A DNA stretch of 64,000 bases from assembly GCA_963810935.1 (NCBI GenBank), contig CAWEPK010000010.1, positions 32,001-96,000 of the forward strand. The letters run 5' to 3'. The notes under the pieces are model-generated. The model was not told the DNA's origin, searched no databases, and worked only from the letters and a program-made list of their open reading frames with translations. This stretch comes from an uncultured delta proteobacterium (GTDB lineage: Bacteria; Desulfobacterota; Syntrophorhabdia; Syntrophorhabdales; WCHB1-27). Position 1 is the first letter of the stretch, and each line of letters starts with the position of its first letter. Positions 49,636-58,805 of the stretch are shown here, in pieces. The position numbers were made by a program, and so were the translations under genes.

Positions 49636-50354
49636 CGCGCCCGCTGGCGCACCGCCTCGTATGCCGATGCGGCAAAAGCAGAGGCTACGTTGAGTGACGG
49701 GAACGCCTTCGAGGCAGGTATCTTCAGAAGCAAATCGCACCGCTCGGCCGTCAGCCTCCTGAGACCCTCTTCGCCGCCCAAAACGAGGCACAGGGGGACT
49801 GTCAGGTCAGCTTCGTAAATCTCCATTTCCGCCCTCTCGTCGAGACCGAAGCAGAAAACGTTCCTTTTCTTCATCTCCTCGATGTGGCGCGCCATGTTCG
49901 CCACACGGCTTATCCTGACGTGCTCCGTCCCTCCCCTGGAGACGTTTATCACCGTATCGGTTACCCCGCACGCCTTGTCGCGGGGGATGAAGATACCGTC
50001 GAGGCCGAAGCAGGCGGCCGTCCTGACCGCGTTCCCGAGGTTCTGCGGGTCGTAGACTGCGTCGAAGGCCACAAATAAGGGCGTCTTCAAGGCGGCTATC
50101 TCTGCGAGCACGCTGTCCGCATCGGCGTAAGCGAACTCTTCGACCTCCAGGCAGATATGCGACCTTATGTCCTTGAACCGCCGCGCCATCTGCTCTGCAG
50201 GGACAACGCGCACGGAGACGCCGGCACGCCTCGCCTCTTCGATGATATCTGCGGACACCCGCTCGCGGCCCGCCTCTACCCACAGCCTTGCGGCCTTGTC
50301 CGGGTGGGCCCGCAGGTGCTCGATGATGCTGTTTCTATTTGCCAGCCAGGGCAT
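49623..50354 (-). CDS. rlmB: 23S rRNA Gm2251 methyltransferase (SpoU/TrmH family)
   Basis: DPQNLG..RTA, GGEEGLR, SLNVASA. Confidence 0.85.
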   Translation of the reverse strand: MPWLANRNSIIEHLRAHPDKAARLWVEAGRERVSADIIEEARRAGVSVRVVPAEQMARRFKDIRSHICLEVEEFAYADADSVLAEIAALKTPLFVAFDAVYDPQNLGNAVRTAACFGLDGIFIPRDKACGVTDTVINVSRGGTEHVRISRVANMARHIEEMKKRNVFCFGLDERAEMEIYEADLTVPLCLVLGGEEGLRRLTAERCDLLLKIPASKAFPSLNVASAFAASAYEAVRQRARYER

Positions 50355-51069
50355 CGGTTATCTGCTCCTCTACGAGGGCAAGCGTAGCCATCGGGTCGGC
50401 CGCAGCCGTGACCGTGCGGCCGAGCACGAGATAGGTCGCCCCTTTTCGGATGGCATCGGCCGGCCCGGCTGTCCTTTTCTGGTCGTCCTTTGTCTCGGTG
50501 ACCCTGACGCCCGGCGTCACGATTACGAAATCCTTCCCGCAAGACTCGCGGATCAGCTCGAGCTCCTGTCCCGACGCGACCACGCCGTCCAGCCCCGCCT
50601 CCTTCGTCAGCACGGCGAGGCGCTTCGTCAGCTCCCTGGGCGACATCCCTATGCCCATCCTCGCAAGCTCCGCGTCGTCGATGCTCGTAAGCACGGTGAC
50701 GGCGATGATGGTGGGCCGGGTTATACCTTCTTTCCGGGCCGCCTCATCCACCGCCTCCCTGGTCGCAGCCATCATTGTGCAGCCGCCCGAGGCGTGGACG
50801 TTGAACATATCGACGCCGAGGCGCGCAGCCTCCACCCCGGCCTTCGAGACCGTATTGGGTATATCGTGATACTTCAGGTCAAGGAAGACCTTCGCGCCCC
50901 GCTCCTTCAGGAAGCTGACTATCTTCGGGCCGCATTTGGTGAAAAGCTGCTTGCCCACCTTGAACATCCCCACGCGCCCGACGAACTTCCCGGCCAGCGC
51001 GGCGGCCTCGTCGAAGCTCTCTACGTCGAGGGCGAGGATCATCCTTTCCTTCGCGTCCATACATTCCAC
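50335..51069 (-). CDS. pyrF: Orotidine-5'-phosphate decarboxylase
   Basis: FLDLKYHDIPNTV, VTVLTS, VTPGVR; start may be ATG 51060. Confidence 0.95.
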   Translation of the reverse strand: MECMDAKERMILALDVESFDEAAALAGKFVGRVGMFKVGKQLFTKCGPKIVSFLKERGAKVFLDLKYHDIPNTVSKAGVEAARLGVDMFNVHASGGCTMMAATREAVDEAARKEGITRPTIIAVTVLTSIDDAELARMGIGMSPRELTKRLAVLTKEAGLDGVVASGQELELIRESCGKDFVIVTPGVRVTETKDDQKRTAGPADAIRKGATYLVLGRTVTAAADPMATLALVEEQITDALAGK

Positions 51070-51199
51070 CTCAAGTCTGGTTTTGGTTTCTTCGACCTTT
51101 ATCTGTTTTACTTCTTTTTGGTTCCCTTGTAAAGAAACCTCCGCGCCCGTTATGGAATTCGCTTCGCGGATGTTGTATTTTCTTGGGCGGATCTAAAGA

Positions 51200-52600
51200 A
51201 TGCAAAAAACAACGGCATTTGGGAAAGACCTGACCGAGGGGAGCATACCCAGGCACCTGCTCCTTTTTTCCATACCCATGCTCGCGGGCAACGCGATGCA
51301 GATAGGATACAGCCTCATAAATACCATATGGGTGGGGCACCTCGTCGGAGAAAACGCAGTCGGCGCCGTCGGCGTCAGCCTGCCGGTCTTATACGTGCTC
51401 TTCGGGGTCGCCATGGGCATGTCGGTGGCGACTACCATAGTCATTTCACAGTATTATGGAGCGAAGGACTATGCCGGCGTGGAAAGGGCGGTCGGATGCG
51501 CGTTTTCCCTGTCCCTGATCATTGCTTTGGTGCTGACCGTGGGCGGGTTGCTTTCGAGCGACCATCTCCTGCGGCTTGTGGCGACGCCGCCCGAAATCTT
51601 CGCGATGGCCTCTTCATACCTGCGAATAACACTGGCCGGGTTCACCCTGTTCTATTTCGGGATGCTCATAAACTTCATGCTGCGGGGCATAGGCGACACG
51701 ATCACGCCCCTGGTTTTTATGTCCGTGGCGCTCGGTCTCAATGCCGTCCTTGACCCGTTTTTCATCGGTGGCTTCGGACCGTTCCCCCGCCTGGGCCTCA
51801 ACGGGGCCGCTTATGCCACACTGGTCTCGCAGGCCACGGCAATAGCGGTAAACGTTATTTACCTCAACCGCAAAAGGCATTTCATAGCCTTCAACCCCCG
51901 TAAGCTTATCCTGGACAGGCGCCTTACCCTGCTTCTCTTCAAGATAGGGCTCCCCTCCATCGTGCAGCAATCGCTCGTCTCCATCGGCAGCCTCTTCATA
52001 TCGGCCTTCGTCAACGGGTTCGGCGCCCCGGCGGCCAACGCCTTTGGGGCGGCAGGCAGGGTGGACATGGTCGCCTTCATGCCTGCCCTGTCTATGAGCA
52101 TGGCCGTCTCTGCGCTTACCGGCCAGAATATCGGCGCCAGGAAAACGGCGAGGGTGAGGGAGGTATTCCGGTGGGGCATACTGATGACCTCGTCGATCAC
52201 CATCGTCATATCGCTTGTCGTCGTCTTCTTTTCAAGGCTGATACTCACGATGTTCGGCCTCGGGGACGACCCGAAGGTAATGGAGATAGGAATGGGCTAC
52301 ATGCGGATCGTCGGCGCCTCTTACCTGTTTTTCGGCATTATGTTCATATCTAACGGGGTTATAAACGGCGCAGGCCATACGATGATCACGATGATATTTA
52401 CGCTGCTCTCGCAATGGCTGGTGAGGGTGCCCGGCTCATGGCTGCTGTCCAGGACCGGCCTAGGGCTGTCCGGTATATGGATCGCCGTAGCGCTGAGCTT
52501 CGTTGTTACCATGACCATCAGCCTCCTTTATTATTTTTCTGGGAAGTGGAAAACATCGGCCGTCATCAGGGCGCCCGCCCTTCTCCCACTTATCGAATAA
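51200..52600 (+). CDS. MATE-family efflux transporter
   Basis: DLTEGSI, RGIGDT.TP, NAVLDP, GQNIGA motifs. Confidence 0.9.
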   Translation: MQKTTAFGKDLTEGSIPRHLLLFSIPMLAGNAMQIGYSLINTIWVGHLVGENAVGAVGVSLPVLYVLFGVAMGMSVATTIVISQYYGAKDYAGVERAVGCAFSLSLIIALVLTVGGLLSSDHLLRLVATPPEIFAMASSYLRITLAGFTLFYFGMLINFMLRGIGDTITPLVFMSVALGLNAVLDPFFIGGFGPFPRLGLNGAAYATLVSQATAIAVNVIYLNRKRHFIAFNPRKLILDRRLTLLLFKIGLPSIVQQSLVSIGSLFISAFVNGFGAPAANAFGAAGRVDMVAFMPALSMSMAVSALTGQNIGARKTARVREVFRWGILMTSSITIVISLVVVFFSRLILTMFGLGDDPKVMEIGMGYMRIVGASYLFFGIMFISNGVINGAGHTMITMIFTLLSQWLVRVPGSWLLSRTGLGLSGIWIAVALSFVVTMTISLLYYFSGKWKTSAVIRAPALLPLIE

Positions 52601-52696
52601 AAATGGGGCCGCAACGCGGCCCTTCCCTTTCTCATCGCCTTGTCGTACCATATAGTTAGTCCGCGCCCGGCTGGACACAAACCTAAGGAGGTTGTC

Positions 52697-53785
52697 ATGA
52701 CAGGATCGGGCCTTATCTCCTCTCTTGCCTTTGTGTTGCTCCTCGGCATGGCAGTCTCGGCCGGCGCTGCGGACAACGTCCGCCCTTTCCCCGACCGCCG
52801 CGAAGGGGTTTTTATTGCCCGCGATTTCAAGTTCCAGACCGGGGAGGTATTGCCCGAGCTTAAGCTGGGCTACACGACGCTCGGCTTGCCCCGGCGTGAC
52901 GCCTCCGGCGCGATTACGAACGCGGTGCTTCTCCTTCACGGGACAACGGGCACGGGCGGCAACTGGCTTGCGCCGTCCCTTGCAGAGGCCCTTTTCAGGG
53001 AAGGCCAGGCCCTCGATGCAGGCAAGTATTACCTGATCCTGGCAGACAGCATCGGACTGGGCCGCTCATCGAAACCGAGCGACGGCCTGAAGATCGCCTT
53101 TCCCCGATACGGGTACAAGGACATGGTCGAGGCACAGTATCGCCTGGTCACGGAGGGCCTGGGCGTCAAACACCTCCACCTGGTACTGGGGACATCGATG
53201 GGCGGGATGCAGACGTGGCTCTGGGCCGAAAGGCACCCCTATATGATGGACGGCGCAGTCGCCCTGACGAGCACGCCCGCGCAGATCTCCGGCCGCAATT
53301 TCATCTGGCGGCAGGTAATCGTGGAAGCGATCCGCAACGACCCGGACTGGAACGGGGGCAACTATACAATCCCGAAACCCACCCGGTTCATTTATGCAGT
53401 CCCGGTCTTCGCGGCAATGACCGATAGCGCGACCCACCTGCAGGAAATCGCCCCCACGCGCGAGGCGTCCGTTGCATATTACTACAAGCTCGTCATGGGC
53501 GCGAAAGGGCTCGACGCGAACGACTATCTCTATCGCTGGGAGGCATCGGCCGACTACGACCCGTGGCCGGACCTCGATAAGATCAAGACCAGGTTCCTCG
53601 CCATCAATTTTGCCGACGACCTCCTCAACCCGGCCGAGCTTAAGGTGGTGGAAAACTCCATGGAGAAGATCAAAAGCGGCAAATCGGTGCTGATCTCGCC
53701 GGCGAAGTCGATCGGTCACCAGAACCAGTCCCGGGGGGACGTATGGGGACCCTATCTGGCCGAGTTCATGAAGGGGCTGCCGTGA
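52697..53785 (+). CDS. Exported alpha/beta hydrolase (homoserine acetyltransferase-like fold)
   Basis: Signal peptide; LLLHGT, GTSMGG nucleophile elbow, DAND, GH. Confidence 0.8.
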   Translation: MTGSGLISSLAFVLLLGMAVSAGAADNVRPFPDRREGVFIARDFKFQTGEVLPELKLGYTTLGLPRRDASGAITNAVLLLHGTTGTGGNWLAPSLAEALFREGQALDAGKYYLILADSIGLGRSSKPSDGLKIAFPRYGYKDMVEAQYRLVTEGLGVKHLHLVLGTSMGGMQTWLWAERHPYMMDGAVALTSTPAQISGRNFIWRQVIVEAIRNDPDWNGGNYTIPKPTRFIYAVPVFAAMTDSATHLQEIAPTREASVAYYYKLVMGAKGLDANDYLYRWEASADYDPWPDLDKIKTRFLAINFADDLLNPAELKVVENSMEKIKSGKSVLISPAKSIGHQNQSRGDVWGPYLAEFMKGLP

Positions 53786-53828
53786 CAAAAACTGTCCGGT
53801 ATAAGCCCGAGCCGCAGGGGGTTGAACT

Positions 53829-54713
53829 ATGAGGATAGGCTGCTTTACTCTGAACGATCCCGTACCGGAGCTTAACGAGCCCTACGTAATGGCGTGCCTC
53901 CGTCCATGGATAGACGTCAACAGCGTAGGGAGCCTCGTGATAGGCGAGTTGGAGACACGGCTGGGCGCCACGGAGATGGGGGCACTGACCAGGCCCGGCC
54001 GGTTCTATGATTTCACGCGGTACCGCCCGATCATCCACCTCGAGGACGGCATCCGCGATTTCTCCATCCCCAACACACCGGTCCACTACGCAAAAAGAGA
54101 GGGGCTCAACGATGTCGTCCTGCTTCGACTCCTTGAGCCGCATGCCGAGTCAGAGCTATACATTGAGTCCATCCTGAAGCTCTTCAAAGCCATAGGGGCA
54201 AAGAAATACATACTTCTGGGAAGCATGCACGACATGGTGCCGCACACGAGGCCCCTGCTGGTCAGCGGGTACGGCATGGGGAAGGACGCGCGCAAGGACG
54301 TGAAAAAAGCGGGCGCCCTGCCGGTCATCCATCACGGCCCGTCGACCATCGTCAACCTCGTGACGCAAAAGGCAGCGCAGGTAGGCATAGAGACGGTTTC
54401 GTTCATCGTCTCCCTGCCCCAGTATGTCGCGCTTGAAGAAGACTACGTGGGAAAAGTAAGACTCATGGAAGTGCTCAATTTTCTATATGATATTCCCGTC
54501 GACAGGGAGGACTTCGAAAAAGCACTTGAGCAGCGAAGGCTCGTCAGTCAAAGGGTCGATGACACCCCGGCGGTAAAGGCCCTCCTGCCCGAGCTGGAAA
54601 AAGCCTACGACCTGCGCGTCAAAACAGCCGGTACGGCCGGGACCTCCCAGATGACGTCCGAAATGGAAGAAATCTTCTGGAGTATCTTGGGGAAAGACAT
54701 AGGCAAAGCATAG
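53829..54713 (+). CDS. PAC2 (proteasome assembly chaperone-like) family protein
   Basis: W.D..S.G, FYDFTRYRP, EPH, VPHTRP, PQY motifs. Confidence 0.75.
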   Translation: MRIGCFTLNDPVPELNEPYVMACLRPWIDVNSVGSLVIGELETRLGATEMGALTRPGRFYDFTRYRPIIHLEDGIRDFSIPNTPVHYAKREGLNDVVLLRLLEPHAESELYIESILKLFKAIGAKKYILLGSMHDMVPHTRPLLVSGYGMGKDARKDVKKAGALPVIHHGPSTIVNLVTQKAAQVGIETVSFIVSLPQYVALEEDYVGKVRLMEVLNFLYDIPVDREDFEKALEQRRLVSQRVDDTPAVKALLPELEKAYDLRVKTAGTAGTSQMTSEMEEIFWSILGKDIGKA

Positions 54714-54990
54714 CCGGCATCACCCTATCATCTGCCTGCCCAGATCGAACGCCCGCAGGTTCACCTCGGCCTTCTCCGCTCAATGTGTTTTTCGAACAGC
54801 CGGTCCCGCTGGCCGGCTTGCGGCGGGAAGGGCCGGCACCGAGTACTCTTCGGCCGGACGGTCTTTCAGGAGAGCCGTTTTCTGTTGAAATGGCACACCG
54901 GCCGTGATAATGAATGTAAGACGGAGCTGCTTGAGGTGCGTTCAGGCCGGGCGGCCAGGGGGCAATTCCAGGGATGCAAGAGGAGGCGTT

Positions 54991-56826
54991 ATGAAACGAA
55001 GAGCGATTTGTTTGTTTGTAAGCATAGTCATGCTCGGTTTTTTCATCGGTACCTTTCACATCCGCGCTGCACTCGCGGAAGTAACCATCGAGGTCCTCAA
55101 TCCGAGGGGCGAAGTAGATCCGGCCCCCATTATTGCCCCATCCGCCAGGGTCCCCGACCTCGTGGGAAAGAAAGTGGGCGTTTACTGGAACAACAAAGCA
55201 GGGGGAGAGCATTTCTGGGATGTAATCGAGGCAGAGCTGAAAGTTAAGATGCCGGCCTTGAAGATCGTCCGCTACAACGGCGGCTTCGAGCCAAGCGACG
55301 CGCAGATTGCAGCTATGACAAAGGAGGTGGACGCCTTTTTCTACGGCGTCGGCGATTGAGGCTCCTGCACTTGGGCCGGCGTGTCCGGATCCGTGAGGAT
55401 CGATAAAACAGGAAAACCCGTAATATACGTAGTTACCGACAATTTCATCCACGATGCCAAATCGGCCGCCGAGGATACGGGGATGCCCCGCTTGCGGATG
55501 ATCACCGTCCCGGCGGATGAATACTATAAGAGGCGTTACAGCCTGGAGGATATCAAACCGGTCGCACTGGCCGCGATTAACGGATTGATAGACGGCCTCA
55601 CGCGGCCTTTGACCGCCGAAGAGGCGAGCACGAAGCCGAAACAGGCGCAAGCTGCGGGCACGATAAAATTTACGGCCGCGACATATGCGGAAGCCCTCGA
55701 GAAATTCAACCAGGAATTCCTCGATAACCACTGGGGCAGCGGCCTTCCGCTCGTGCCTCCGACGGCCGAGCGCGTAAAATGGATGCTCGCGGGGACTACG
55801 CGCTCCCCGAACGAAGTCATCGGGACCGTCGAGCCGAAGAGAGGTAAGGCGACGATAGAGAAGATCGCGATCAATGCAGTCATGGCCGGGGCAAAACCTG
55901 AGTACCTGCCCGTGATCATCGCCGCGATGGAGGGATTGACCGACAAGAATTACGACCTGCTCCACGTCATGGCATCGACCGGCTCGTTCACGCTCCAGGT
56001 CGTCGTCGATGGGCCGATCGCGGAAGAGATAGGCATGAACTCCGGGATCGGCCTTCTCGGGTATGGCTTCCGGGCGAACAATGCGATAGGCTACGCCTTG
56101 CGGCTCTGTCTTATTAATACGGGTCTGCTTTGGCCCGCAGTGAACGACATGGCCCTCGTCGGAAGGCCTTCCTCCCATACGTTCTACGTCTTCGCGGAGA
56201 ACCAGCGGAACAATCCATGGGGGCCCTATCACGTTTCGGAAGGCTATAAAAAGGAAGAGAGCTGCGTGACCGTAATGACGGTAGGCAGCTACAGCGCCTC
56301 GTCTGCCGGGCTGGTCGCCTTCGGCGGCGGAGCGGTCTTTCCGTGGACCCCGCAGCAGCTACTCGACAACATGGTGAAAACCATTATGGTAGGGCGCAAC
56401 ATGGACACCGTCTGGAAGCTGGGCACGGCCATACCTGCCCCCCAGAAGCACTTCCTCGTGCTCCACCCCGAATTCGTCATGGAGCTTGACCGCCTCGGCT
56501 ATACACGGAAGAAGATGCAGCAATACCTTTACGGCCGGAGCCGCGTGCCTTATGAAGAGCTGAGCGCCAAGGAGGTGGCGGCCTTCAAACGCAGGCTTGC
56601 CGATAAGGAGATACCGGCCGACCGGGTGGCCGTCTTTGAGGAGTCGCTCAAGGCGGGAGGAAAAGTGCCCATGCTCCTCAGGCCGGAGGATTGCGTTATC
56701 TTCGTGGCGGGCGGCATACCGGGTTACTCCTTCGGTGATTCCTATTTCTCGATACCGCCGCACGGAACTGCCGCGTTTATGACCAGAACGATCCACGGCG
56801 CGGCCCTGACAAAGGCAGGCAAATAA
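54991..56826 (+). CDS. Putative exported selenoprotein: UGSC domain fused to a large uncharacterised domain (611 aa, Sec123)
   Basis: AGGAGG RBS + ATG 54991; in-frame TGA 55357-55359 gives GVGD-U-GSCTW and continues into ORF 55381-56826 (GLPLVPPT, ATIEKIAINAVMAG..PEYLPV); signal peptide. Confidence 0.82.
55364..55398 (+). promoter_or_regulatory. Candidate bacterial SECIS hairpin
   Basis: CCTGCAC-TT-GGG-CCGG[CGTGT]CCGG-A-TCC-GTG-AGG folds into a bulged stem; loop begins 20 nt after the TGA. Confidence 0.5.
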
Positions 56827-56837
56827 AGCACCGGAGG

Positions 56838-57323
56838 GTGATATTGGGACCCGCAGGCGGCCGCGGAAAACTTCTTTGGCCGACGGCCGCGCTTTTCCTC
56901 TTTTCCTTGCTCTTGTTGCCGGCCCTTCGCGCATCGACCGAAGGGGCGCCCGGCTACACCGGCTGGAAAAAATGTGAGGCATGCCATTCGAAAATAGCCG
57001 CGGAATGGAAAACAACGAGACATGCGGACGCATTCGAGCACCTGAAGAAAACGGGGCAGGAGGAGTTGCCGAATTGCGTCCGCTGCCACAGTACGGGATA
57101 TGACCGGGCGGGCGGTTTTATCGACGCCGAGATTACGCCGGGACTTGCAGGGGTCCAGTGCGAGGCATGCCATGGACCGGGCAGGCAGCACGCGGTTGCT
57201 CCGGCTAAAGAGAGCATCGCCGGCGCACCGGGAATAGAGACGTGCAGGCGGTGCCACACTCCGGGTCAGGACCCGGGGTTTGACTACGGGCGGAAAGTGA
57301 AGGGAGTCCATCGGGTGCGGTAG
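56838..57323 (+). CDS. Periplasmic tetraheme cytochrome c (c554-like)
   Basis: Four CxxCH motifs (CEACH, CVRCH, CEACH, CRRCH); GVQCEACHGPG; signal peptide. Confidence 0.9.
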   Translation: MILGPAGGRGKLLWPTAALFLFSLLLLPALRASTEGAPGYTGWKKCEACHSKIAAEWKTTRHADAFEHLKKTGQEELPNCVRCHSTGYDRAGGFIDAEITPGLAGVQCEACHGPGRQHAVAPAKESIAGAPGIETCRRCHTPGQDPGFDYGRKVKGVHRVR

Positions 57324-57376
57324 CGGCCCTCGGTCCAAAACCGGCTCCGAGCAATTAACAAAGGAGGACGCATCGA

Positions 57377-58132
57377 ATGATGCAGGGCAAAAAACGCATA
57401 ATGATGCTTCCGGTCGTATCGCTCCTCGCCCTCCTTGCGGCAACCGCATTTATAGCGGCGGATGCGGCAGGGGCGGCGGGCATCAGGGTCACGCCGGACC
57501 GGACCGACGCCGGCACGGTAGACGAAGGGGTAATGTTAAACACCGCCTTTACTGTCGAGAATACGGGTAATGTGCCCCTGACGATTACGAACGTTCGCAC
57601 TAACTGAGCCTGCACAACCGGTGTGCTTGGCAAGCACACGCTAAAGCCGGGAGAAAAAACCGCGCTCAAGGTCGTATTCGACACGGCGGGCAACCCCGGG
57701 CCTTTCCGCAAGACGGCGACACTCACGACGGACGTCCCCGGACAGGAGGAGGTGGAAGTCGCCGTGACCGGGATGGTCAGGGAGGCGCCGGCCGCGAAGA
57801 TACGGGTAGAGCCGCGAAGGATAAGGCCGGTCCCGGCGGGGTCTCAAGGCGGGATGAAAGGGGAATTTACAATATTCAATAATGGGAGCCTGCCCCTCGT
57901 CATAGGGCGGGTTCATTCCAAAGAAAGCGCCAGGGTCTATTTCGACAGTAAAAAGGAAGGCAGCATTGTCGTCGAGCCGGGAGGCGCGAGAAAAATAGAG
58001 ATAGTTCTGGGCGAGGACAAACAGGCGGACCGGGCCGGGCAGGAGCTTGTCGCTATCGAGTCGAACGCGAGGAACGCGCCGCAAACCGGTTATGTTATAA
58101 TTATCGAGCATGGCGATCCTTCTAAGAAATAG
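57377..58132 (+). CDS. Putative exported selenoprotein, DUF1573-like Ig-fold (251 aa, Sec77)
   Basis: AAGGAGG RBS; F.VENTGNVPLTITNVRTN-U-ACTT..LKPGE matches the DUF1573 pattern NxGxxPLxIxxVxxSCGCT..PGE; TGA 57605-57607 is in frame with ORF 57623-58132. Confidence 0.8.
57621..57639 (+). promoter_or_regulatory. Candidate bacterial SECIS hairpin
   Basis: Perfect 8-bp stem GTGTGCTT-GGC-AAGCACAC; loop begins 21 nt after the TGA. Confidence 0.55.
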
Positions 58133-58148
58133 GGCAAGGAGGAAAAAA

Positions 58149-58562
58149 ATGGTCAAGACCGCATCCCTGCTTTCCGTCATTATGGTGCTTGCGCTGCTCT
58201 ACGGTGTCACGGGCCGGGCGGCGGCCCAGGAAGAGGTCCCGCGCATCACCATCGAGGAACTGAAAGGCATAATGGACCGAAAAACGGATGTGGTGATCCT
58301 CGATACCCAGCCGAAGGCCCTCTATGACAAAGAGCATATCAAGGGGGCCATATCCTTCCCGTGGAAGCGGAAAATTGCGGCGCAGGACGTACAAAGCCTG
58401 CCCCGCGACAAGCTCATTGTCACGTATTGCGACTGCGGGCCGGGGGAATCAGACTCGGCCGGTGTCGCCTCCCAGTTGCTATCCTTCGGTTTCAGCGACG
58501 TAAAGGTGCTGAAAGACCCGTCGATACGGGGATGGAAAAAGGCCGGCTATCCTGTGGAGTAG
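58149..58562 (+). CDS. Exported rhodanese-like domain protein with a CxC active-site loop
   Basis: Signal peptide; VILDTQ, HIKGAISFP, IVTYCDCGPGE, GWKKAGYPVE; AAGGAGG RBS. Confidence 0.85.
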   Translation: MVKTASLLSVIMVLALLYGVTGRAAAQEEVPRITIEELKGIMDRKTDVVILDTQPKALYDKEHIKGAISFPWKRKIAAQDVQSLPRDKLIVTYCDCGPGESDSAGVASQLLSFGFSDVKVLKDPSIRGWKKAGYPVE

Positions 58563-58805
58563 CCCCCCCGAGCCGGTCGCTTGCGGCTTTTATTGACAGG
58601 ACCTCGAAGAACGATGTAATCTTGATACTACCACTGCTTGCCAGTGACCATGCACATACATCGGATTGGCTATATTCCCTTTTCAAGCGAAACAACCGAC
58701 TGCAAAATTATGCCGACAGCCGGCCGGGTGCGCCGCCGCAAGCAGGCCCACGCCTGTGACGGAGGAACCGACCCCGCGACAAAACAGTGAAAGGTTGAGG
58801 AACCA

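Noticed and set aside
55357..57607. The two in-frame TGAs as pseudogene stops or sequencing errors
   Set aside because: Both are TGA, both fall at Cys-motif positions, both have hairpins at the same spacing and they are in one operon; the errors seen elsewhere in the window are indels. Not fully excluded without reads.
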